Part shown: piece after piece, positions 36,887-44,270 of the stretch
Position numbering within the stretch: the stretch's first letter is position 1
Layout: every line of letters starts with the position of its first letter
From: Dehalococcoidia bacterium
Lineage (GTDB): Bacteria; Chloroflexota; Dehalococcoidia; Dehalococcoidales; Fen-1064
Assembly: GCA_011171075.1 (NCBI GenBank)
Contig: DUFD01000017.1
Location: 1,777-65,776, forward strand
Reading direction: 5' to 3'
Length of the DNA: 64,000 nt
Position numbers and translations under genes: made by a program
Notes under the pieces: generated by a model
What the model was told of the DNA's origin: nothing
Databases searched by the model: none
What the model saw: the letters and a program-made list of their open reading frames with translations, nothing else

Positions 36887-38791
36887 ATGCCGAAGTTAAA
36901 ATCACTTCTTGACCTTGAAGAACTGCGTAAGGGTATCATTGCCAGTAAGGACCCCTCCAAGCAATGTATCACGATATGCTCGGGTACCGGTTGCCACGCC
37001 TATGCCAGCGAGAAAGTAGCCGACACCTTCGCCTCGGAACTGGAGCAGCAAGGTCTCAGTGAAAAAATAGACCTGCGACGGACCGGATGCCACGGTTTCT
37101 GTGAGAGAGGGCCCATCGTCGTTATCTTCCCGGACGAGATATGCTACCTCAGCGTCAAGCCTGATGACGTCTCGGAGATTGTATCCGAAACCCTCGTAGG
37201 GAAGAAAATCATTGAGCGTTTGCTCTACGTGGGCGATGACGGTAAGCCAATAACGCACGAGAATGATATCCCGTTCTACAAACACCAGATTCGCCTCGTG
37301 TTCGGGGACAACCGCCTGATAAATCCGCAGAGCATCGAGGACTATATTGGCCTCGGTGGATACGAGGCACTGGGCAAGGTACTCTTCGAGATGACGCCTG
37401 AGGACGTAATTGAAGTCGTCAAGAAGGCCAACCTGAGGGGGCGGGGCGGCGGCGGTTTCCCCGCGGGGATTAAGTGGGAGACAACCAGAAACGCCCCTGG
37501 CGATGCCAAGTATGTAATAGTTAATGCCGATGAAGGCGACCCCGGCGCCTATATGGACAGGAGCCTCCTTGAGGGCAATCCACACAGTGTGCTCGAAGGG
37601 CTAATGATTGGTGCCTATGCTATCGGTGCTAACCAGGGCTATATCTACGTACGCCAGGAATATCCTCTGGCCGTGGAGAATGTCGGTGTTGCCATAGAAC
37701 AGATGCGGGAATACGGACTCCTTGGCGAAAAAATCCTCGGGACCGGCTTTGATTTCGATGTCATCGTTCACCGCGGTGCCGGTGCCTTTGTCTCAGGCGA
37801 ATCGAGCGCCCTGATGACTGCCATCGAAGGAAGGGTCGGTGAGCCAAGACCCAAGTACATCCGCACCGCCGTCAGCGGTATACACGGTAGGCCGAGTAAT
37901 TTGAATAACGTTGAGACCTGGTCTAACGTGCCCCTGATAATAAAACATGGCGCCAAGTGGTTCGGCGGCATTGGTACCGAAGGCAGTAAGGGGACCAAGA
38001 TATTTTCACTGGTAGGCAAGGTGAACAATACCGGTCTTGTGGAAGTACCCATGGGAATGCCGCTCCGCGACATTATATATAACATCGGCGGCGGCATCCG
38101 CGGTGATAAGAAATTCAAGGCCGTGCAGACCGGTGGTCCCTCAGGCGGGGTAATCCCCGAAAGCCTCCTTAACCTGCCTGTTGATTTCGACGAGCTCTCC
38201 AAGGCAGGCTCTATGATGGGTTCCGGCGGCATGATTGTAATGGACGAGGACACCTGCGTGGTTGATGTCGCCCGGTATTTCCTGGACTTCCTCGCCGACG
38301 AGTCATGTGGTAAATGCATACCCTGCCGTGAAGGCATCCAGCAAATGCTGGTCGTGCTGAACAGGATATGTGAGGGGACCGGCAGAGAAGAAGACCTGGA
38401 CACGCTGGCAGACCTTGGCGATATGATGCGTGACTGTGCCCTGTGTGCCCTCGGACAATCGGCGCCGAACCCGGTGCTAAGTACGATACAGTACTTCAAA
38501 GAGGAATATGAGGAGCACATTCAGAATCACCGCTGTCCTGCCGGAGTCTGCAAAGAACTGATTAACTACTATATCGACCCTGAGAAATGCCAGGCGTGCA
38601 TGATATGCATGAGGAATTGCCCCGTGGGTGCCATAGATGGCGGCAAGAATATAGTACACGTGGTCATCCAGGAAAAGTGTACCAAGTGCGGTACGTGTCT
38701 GGAGGTCTGCCCACCACGTTTTGGTGCGGTGAGCAAGCTTTCCGGAGTAGAAATTCCTGAAGCTGCCGCGGGTGGTATAAAAGTAAGGTAG
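36887..38791 (+). CDS. NuoF/HymB-like NAD(P)H-binding flavoprotein with extra N-terminal [2Fe-2S] and C-terminal 2x[4Fe-4S] domains
   Basis: GRGGGGFP FMN/NADH motif, SLBB, ESCGKCIPCREG, and C-terminal CQACMICMRNCP / CTKCGTCLEVCP. Confidence 0.9.
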   Translation: MPKLKSLLDLEELRKGIIASKDPSKQCITICSGTGCHAYASEKVADTFASELEQQGLSEKIDLRRTGCHGFCERGPIVVIFPDEICYLSVKPDDVSEIVSETLVGKKIIERLLYVGDDGKPITHENDIPFYKHQIRLVFGDNRLINPQSIEDYIGLGGYEALGKVLFEMTPEDVIEVVKKANLRGRGGGGFPAGIKWETTRNAPGDAKYVIVNADEGDPGAYMDRSLLEGNPHSVLEGLMIGAYAIGANQGYIYVRQEYPLAVENVGVAIEQMREYGLLGEKILGTGFDFDVIVHRGAGAFVSGESSALMTAIEGRVGEPRPKYIRTAVSGIHGRPSNLNNVETWSNVPLIIKHGAKWFGGIGTEGSKGTKIFSLVGKVNNTGLVEVPMGMPLRDIIYNIGGGIRGDKKFKAVQTGGPSGGVIPESLLNLPVDFDELSKAGSMMGSGGMIVMDEDTCVVDVARYFLDFLADESCGKCIPCREGIQQMLVVLNRICEGTGREEDLDTLADLGDMMRDCALCALGQSAPNPVLSTIQYFKEEYEEHIQNHRCPAGVCKELINYYIDPEKCQACMICMRNCPVGAIDGGKNIVHVVIQEKCTKCGTCLEVCPPRFGAVSKLSGVEIPEAAAGGIKVR

Positions 38792-38802
38792 GGAGGCGAA
38801 CA

Positions 38803-39624
38803 ATGTCAACAGAAGAGAGAGAAAAGCAAAACAGCAGCGAAAGACAGACCAGAAGAGCCGTAAGCGACCGAAGAGTAGAGGGTGTCACCCAGCCGATTGC
38901 ACCCGCTGTCGAAGCAGCCAGGCAGGTCGAACTGACCATCAATGGTCAGGCGGTCGAAGCCTGGGAGGGAATGACCCTACTTCAGGCAGCCCAGAGTGTT
39001 GGCATCTCTATCCCCACCCTCTGTCATCACAAAGAGCTCTCCACCTACGGTGCCTGCCGACTTTGCAGCGTGGAAGTGATAAGGGGAAGAAGATCACGAA
39101 TAGTGGCATCCTGTATCTATCCGGTCGAGGACGGGATAGAAGTACTGACCGAATCAGAGAAGGTCGCAAAGCACCGCAAGATAATACTGGAGCTAATTCA
39201 GGCCCGGTGGCCATGGGTGGATAAGGAATTACTCGAAAAGTACGGTGCCCAGCCAGGCCGGTTTGAGGAAAAGACAGACTTCTGTATTCTGTGTGGCCTG
39301 TGCGTACGGTACTGCACCGAGGTCAAGAAGGCAAACTGCCTTGGCTTCGTAGGCAGAGGCGCAGAGCGTCAGATAGTCATCTACCCCGAACGTGCCATTG
39401 AAATGTGTCCCACCTGTGAAGGCGGCAATATGGGGTGTCGCTCGGTCTGCCCAACAGGCACCATGCCTAACGAGTTCGCGCATACTGGTCCGCGATTCGG
39501 CAAGAAGCTACCCCTGGCATACCCCGTCAAGAGCTACAGCGAAGATAACGTGCGGGAGGTGCTCCACACAGTGGGTGACTGGCGGATGCCTTGGGTACGC
39601 AGCCAGACCATGCCCGGCAAGTAG
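38803..39624 (+). CDS. 2Fe-2S/4Fe-4S ferredoxin-like subunit resembling only the N-terminal part of NuoG/HydA
   Basis: ELTINGQ..TLLQAAQSVGISIPTLCHH..GACRLCSVEV, then CILCGLCVRYC and CPTCEGGNMGCRSVCPTG. At 273 aa it has no molybdopterin or H-cluster domain. Confidence 0.7.
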   Translation: MSTEEREKQNSSERQTRRAVSDRRVEGVTQPIAPAVEAARQVELTINGQAVEAWEGMTLLQAAQSVGISIPTLCHHKELSTYGACRLCSVEVIRGRRSRIVASCIYPVEDGIEVLTESEKVAKHRKIILELIQARWPWVDKELLEKYGAQPGRFEEKTDFCILCGLCVRYCTEVKKANCLGFVGRGAERQIVIYPERAIEMCPTCEGGNMGCRSVCPTGTMPNEFAHTGPRFGKKLPLAYPVKSYSEDNVREVLHTVGDWRMPWVRSQTMPGK

Positions 39625-39666
39625 TAGTGCTATCTTAAGAAATACAATCGATACCCTTATCGAAGT

Positions 39667-39704
39667 ACAGGCACGTGTTACTTGACACGTGCCTGTCGTT
39701 TTTT
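39667..39704 (+). terminator. rho-independent terminator
   Basis: ACAGGCACGTGT-TACTTG-ACACGTGCCTGT (12-bp stem) followed by CGTTTTTT. Confidence 0.8.
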
Positions 39705-40124
39705 CCAGGTAATGCCTCTTTCATGTTGTTCCATAAATGCGTGTAATCCCACCACAGAATCATATTACCTCACAATATACGGCTTCGCTTTACCAATTGT
39801 AACCAGACTGTAACCACGATTTTACCCAGACTACCTGTGATTAATCTCCTTTTAACCCCAGAGGGTTATACTCAAAATATAGTCAAATATCAAGAAATTC
39901 TCAAGGCTATTGAAAAATTATTTGAAAGGGATAGAAAGAGATAAGCAATTTGGCTCACCGCAGGACAAGTTAAAACACTCGCTCCAATCAGGTCTTCTCA
40001 GGTACTGCCAACATTGCGGAAAGAGTAAATAACTCGATGGCACCGAATAATATGAGTGTTAGTCTGATTATAGAGAGGATAAAGCAGTAACGAGCTACCC
40101 TGAAGATTAGCAGAGGGGGAAAAG

Positions 40125-40511
40125 ATGAACAGCAAAGAGCAGATTGTCAATGAGGTCATTGCCGAGTGGGTCGGATTCAAGGAGAGGCTGACCCCGGGCA
40201 CACAATCAAGCTGGTGGGAATATGATGGCTACCCGTACGCTCAATGTCCTGACTTCATGAACTCAGAAACCGACTGCTTCAACTGGATAGTCCCGACCCT
40301 ACAGAAAAGGGGGTACGGGGTAGACATTACCGTCGGTAAATGCGGGGCATTCATCAACCTGTTCGAACTCGAAGAAAAACACGAAGAATGCGAAGAGGAT
40401 TCAGTCCACGCCACTGCTCTGGGTATTGACACCAGTGTATCGACTGCCCTCTGCACTGCTGTACTCTCGCTGATAAAGATAGAACGAGCAGGAGGAGTCA
40501 GCAGATTCTAG
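40125..40511 (+). CDS. hypothetical protein (faint resemblance to phage ABA-sandwich-domain proteins)
   Basis: 128 aa, preceded by ~420 bp of AT-rich non-coding DNA. The pattern ..VIAEWVGFK..W..YDGYPY..P.F..ETDCFNWIVP.LQKRGY.. recalls that family only loosely. Confidence 0.4.
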   Translation: MNSKEQIVNEVIAEWVGFKERLTPGTQSSWWEYDGYPYAQCPDFMNSETDCFNWIVPTLQKRGYGVDITVGKCGAFINLFELEEKHEECEEDSVHATALGIDTSVSTALCTAVLSLIKIERAGGVSRF

Positions 40512-40570
40512 CCCTGAGTCCAACCGACCCGGCCTTCCAAAATCATAACCGATACCAGGGAAGGCTATAT

Positions 40571-42541
40571 CTACAATTTCCAACGTTCGCCCGGTACCTC
40601 CAGGATTACCTTCGTGCCCTTACCTAGACTCGAGTAGATATTAAGAGTACCACCGAGCAAGTCCGCCCGCTCCTGCATACCCGCCAGGCCTATCTTACCG
40701 CCCTGAACAAACTTCAGGCCCTCTTCCATCTCGAATCCCCTACCGTCATCGCTGATTTCCACTCTTGTCTTTTCTTCGGAAAACCTGACGACTACCCGAG
40801 CTTTCTTCGCTCCTGAGTGCCTCCAGACGTTACGCAAAGCTTCCTGAACAAGACGATATATCAGGAGCTCATCCCCTTCCGCAAAGTGCCGCTCGGTTCC
40901 GATGGTCTGCAATTTGCATTGAATGCCACTCTGTGATTCCCATTGAGACACCAGCTCTCTTAGAGCTGGTAGAAGTCCCAGATAGTCAATCGTAGGTGGA
41001 CGCAGGTCCTGCGTGAAGTGGCGTATCTTATCCATAATCTCGTCCACTTCCCCACGGATGCCTTCCAGGCGGGCTTCGCACTTTGAATCCAAATTCTCAC
41101 TGGAAGTGATGTCATCTATCTTCCTGGATAAGACAACCATTGCCTGTATGGGGTCGTCATGCAGTTCCCGGGCAATCCGCTTCCGCTCCTCTTCCTGTGC
41201 TCGGGTTATCTGGCGCGCGTAGAGACGAAGGTTCTCCTGCAGTAGCTTTTCCTGGGTAACATCACGCGAGATATGCTGAAAAACCGGCGGGCCACCTTCA
41301 TCGCCGATAAGCGAGGTGGTCAGCATAATAATCGCTTCGCTGCCATCCTTTCTTATCACTTTCTGCTCGTATGGTTGCTTTACTTCTTCCCCGGAGAGCA
41401 GCTTGCGGCGTATCTCTCTTGCCAACTGCATGCCTTCAGGCCGAAGGAACTCGGAGACATTCATACCGACCAGTTCACCGAGTGAATACCCGGTGTATTC
41501 AGCAGTTGCCTGATTGGCCGTCTGTATTATCCCTTCAGAATCCTGTACCCAGATGGCATCATGCGCCTTCTCGAACAGTTCCTGGAACCTCTTTCCGGCG
41601 CGTTTCGATTGCTCGTCGAGCTCAGCTTTCTCCACAGCCACGCCGAGCTCTGTCCCGATTAGCTGAAGGAGCTGCTGTTCTTCTCGCACAAAGTGCCTGG
41701 CGCTCCGTGAAATGACACTGAGTGTCCCCACCACCTTGTCCCTGGAAACCAGGGGCACAATGAATTGAGACACTACACCTTCGTTTCTCACTATTTCCCG
41801 CGACAGCCTGGGGTCATTTGACGAATCTTCTATTACGGCAGGTTCCCCTGTCTGGGCAACCCATCCGTTGAACCCCTCGCCTACCTTCAGTTTGTCTACT
41901 TTTCTGGCAAAATTGTCAGAAACACCCCGATACGTTTTTACCACCAGTTCAGTGGTCTCCTCCTGGAGCAAGAAGACAAGTAGACCGTCGACGTCAACAG
42001 CCTCCATTATCTTGTCCGCTGCCGTGTTGATTATCTCGTCTAGACTGCTCAACTGGTTGATGGCAGTGGTGATGGAGTGAAGAACAGAGAGACGCTTCTC
42101 ATTTTCCCGGATAGTCTGGATATAAGATTGCAACTCCCTGCGTACGGCCTCAAGCTTAAGGAGCGCCTGCTCTCGCCGGCCTATCTCAAGATGACGGGAC
42201 TCCAGCCACCAGATGACACCGCCGCCGATAACGGACACTCCTATCGTTTCGAAAAGGGCATCCGCAACTTGAGGGGAAATAATGAGTGCCCGGGGCAGCA
42301 TGGCGGCAATAGCGAGTGCCAGGCAGATGAACCCACCCCTCAACCCGAATACCAGACCGGCAAAGACGACCAGAGCCAGGAACAGGATACGCTCCACGCT
42401 ATGGCGTCCAAGGCCCAGGATAGAATTAACTTCCACGTCCAGGAAAGGCATCTTCTCTGCGTAATGCAGAATGACACAGAAAATAAAGAGAACGATGAGT
42501 ACCCAGAAAAGGGGATTACGCAGTACCGCCAGGTATCTCAT
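40571..42541 (-). CDS. membrane GAF-PAS sensor histidine kinase (HisKA_3 / NarX-type)
   Basis: N-terminal TM helices, GAF and PAS regions, H-box ARELHDDPIQ, and a C-terminal HATPase (DDGRGF..GLAGMQERADLLGG). Confidence 0.9.
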   Translation of the reverse strand: MRYLAVLRNPLFWVLIVLFIFCVILHYAEKMPFLDVEVNSILGLGRHSVERILFLALVVFAGLVFGLRGGFICLALAIAAMLPRALIISPQVADALFETIGVSVIGGGVIWWLESRHLEIGRREQALLKLEAVRRELQSYIQTIRENEKRLSVLHSITTAINQLSSLDEIINTAADKIMEAVDVDGLLVFLLQEETTELVVKTYRGVSDNFARKVDKLKVGEGFNGWVAQTGEPAVIEDSSNDPRLSREIVRNEGVVSQFIVPLVSRDKVVGTLSVISRSARHFVREEQQLLQLIGTELGVAVEKAELDEQSKRAGKRFQELFEKAHDAIWVQDSEGIIQTANQATAEYTGYSLGELVGMNVSEFLRPEGMQLAREIRRKLLSGEEVKQPYEQKVIRKDGSEAIIMLTTSLIGDEGGPPVFQHISRDVTQEKLLQENLRLYARQITRAQEEERKRIARELHDDPIQAMVVLSRKIDDITSSENLDSKCEARLEGIRGEVDEIMDKIRHFTQDLRPPTIDYLGLLPALRELVSQWESQSGIQCKLQTIGTERHFAEGDELLIYRLVQEALRNVWRHSGAKKARVVVRFSEEKTRVEISDDGRGFEMEEGLKFVQGGKIGLAGMQERADLLGGTLNIYSSLGKGTKVILEVPGERWKL

Positions 42542-43212
42542 GCTTCACGACTCCCCTGCTCTTCCAGAGTCAGCCAGCCTTTTTTCAGGCAATGGACTAT
42601 TGCTTCAGTGCGTGAGTATACCCCGAGTTTATCGAAGATATTACGCCAGTGTGTCTGGACAGTGCGAGGCCCGATTGATAAAGACGCCGCTATCTGCTTG
42701 TTGCTCATTCCGTCAGCACCCAGCCGAACAACCTGGCGTTCTCTTTCACTCAGCAGGTCAACCTTCTCACGACTGGGTTTGGTCTGCGAATGCACTAATT
42801 GATTAAACAACGCCTTGGCGATGGCCGGATGGAGTACGGATTCACCGGCGTGAGCAGTACGGATCGCGTTGGTCAACTCCTTCCCCCGCACATTCTTCAG
42901 CAAATAGCCTTCTGCCCCGGCCCCGATAACCGCAGAGACAAACTCCGGGTTATCATAGGCCGTCAGTACCAGAATGCAGATACGGGGAAGGGCTTCCTTT
43001 ATTTGCTGCGTGGCCTGAATGCCGTTCATCCGGGGCATGGCGATGTCCATCAGCACAACGTCCGGCTTCAGTTCCAGCACCTGGCGCACTGTCTCTTCGC
43101 CGTCCTCAGCCTCACCAACGACCTCCATGTCCACTTCCCGTGAGATGAGTTCGCGAAGCCCCTCTCGCACTACCGAGTGGTCTTCCGCCAGAAAAACTGT
43201 AATATTCTCCAT
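42538..43212 (-). CDS. NarL/LuxR-family response regulator
   Basis: Receiver VFLAEDH..PDVVLMDIAMPRMNG..VLTAY, plus a LuxR HTH (LSERERQVVRLGADGMSNKQIAASLSIGPRTVQTH). 4-nt overlap with the kinase gene. Confidence 0.9.
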   Translation of the reverse strand: MENITVFLAEDHSVVREGLRELISREVDMEVVGEAEDGEETVRQVLELKPDVVLMDIAMPRMNGIQATQQIKEALPRICILVLTAYDNPEFVSAVIGAGAEGYLLKNVRGKELTNAIRTAHAGESVLHPAIAKALFNQLVHSQTKPSREKVDLLSERERQVVRLGADGMSNKQIAASLSIGPRTVQTHWRNIFDKLGVYSRTEAIVHCLKKGWLTLEEQGSREA

Positions 43213-43343
43213 CTCTACATAATTATACCACAGGGCTTATCTCACCATCCCTCAAATGGCATACGCAATTTGGCGCTTATCGGTAGTCTCTACGTAAGTT
43301 AGTATAAAAGTGTACACACTAATGGAATGTAAGGAGGCATGTA

Positions 43344-43754
43344 ATGTCAGGAGGTAAGAAAGTCATAGTAGTCGATAAGGGAACAGAACTGACCAAGATT
43401 GCACAAAAGGCTGCCGAGCTCTCATCGTGGGAGTTAGCAATTGCAACTGATACCAAGCAAGCACGGGAACTGGCAGCAACCAAGAATCCGGGAATCATCA
43501 TCCTGGGATACCTTGAACCTCAGGGTGAGGCTTTTCGTCTACACAAGCAGCTCAGGGAAAACGCGAAGACCGAGAGCATCCCACAGGTAGTGATAGACGT
43601 CGCTCCCGATGAGCAACTACAAAAGGGATGGCGTAAGGCTGACGGCCTGAGGATGGATGCAGAGCATTATCTTTGCATGCCGGTCAGTCCATCTGAGCTG
43701 GCAAAGGTTGTAGATGATGTCGCTGCACTCAATGAGGCAATTGGCGTAATCTAA
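43344..43754 (+). CDS. receiver-like (pseudo-receiver) protein, paralog 1
   Basis: 136 aa with a REC-like (beta-alpha)5 pattern. It reads GIIILGYLEPQG where DxxMP is expected. It also has IPQVVIDVAPDE, KGWRKADGLRMDAEHYLCMPV. AAGGAGG SD upstream. Confidence 0.6.
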   Translation: MSGGKKVIVVDKGTELTKIAQKAAELSSWELAIATDTKQARELAATKNPGIIILGYLEPQGEAFRLHKQLRENAKTESIPQVVIDVAPDEQLQKGWRKADGLRMDAEHYLCMPVSPSELAKVVDDVAALNEAIGVI

Positions 43755-43785
43755 CCACCACTATTGGTAATCATGGAGGCGAAAA

Positions 43786-44265
43786 ATGGGGAAGGATAAG
43801 AGGATTCTGATAATTGATAGCGAGCCTGATTTCCTGAAAGACACGGGGGCGGCTTTAAGCGACTTTTACACGGTAATTACGGCGACCAAGGCAGATGAAG
43901 GACTGGACAAGGCAGAGCGCGAAAGTCCCGATGCAATCATACTGGGATATCTGAAACCACGCGGCACTTCTTTCAAGGTCCACACAGAGCTTCGCAGTAG
44001 ACCGTCGACGCGGGATATCCCCCTCCTGATAGTTGATGTCCGCCCCGAGGAGCACTCCCGGAAAGGGTGGAGGATGTTTGAGGGATTGAAAATGAACGCG
44101 GAGGACTATATCTCACGGCCAGTCGAGCTTGCCGAACTCACCAGTTCGATAGAAGGCATAATCCGCAGGACCTCTGTAGAACCTATGGGATTGAGAGAGG
44201 CGTCGGAGCAACTGGAGAAGGCACTGGAGCGTATTAACAAGATAGAAGAACTCCTTATAACGTAA
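43786..44265 (+). CDS. receiver-like (pseudo-receiver) protein, paralog 2
   Basis: 159 aa. DAIILGYLKPRG, IPLLIVDVRPEE, KGWRMFEGLKMNAEDYISRPV, and a C-terminal helical tail. Confidence 0.6.
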   Translation: MGKDKRILIIDSEPDFLKDTGAALSDFYTVITATKADEGLDKAERESPDAIILGYLKPRGTSFKVHTELRSRPSTRDIPLLIVDVRPEEHSRKGWRMFEGLKMNAEDYISRPVELAELTSSIEGIIRRTSVEPMGLREASEQLEKALERINKIEELLIT

Positions 44266-44270
44266 GCAGT

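Noticed and set aside
36902-38520. 227-aa and 250-aa ORFs antisense to the NuoF-like gene.
   Set aside because: These are shadow ORFs with low-complexity Ser/Pro/Arg-rich products. The sense gene is unambiguous.
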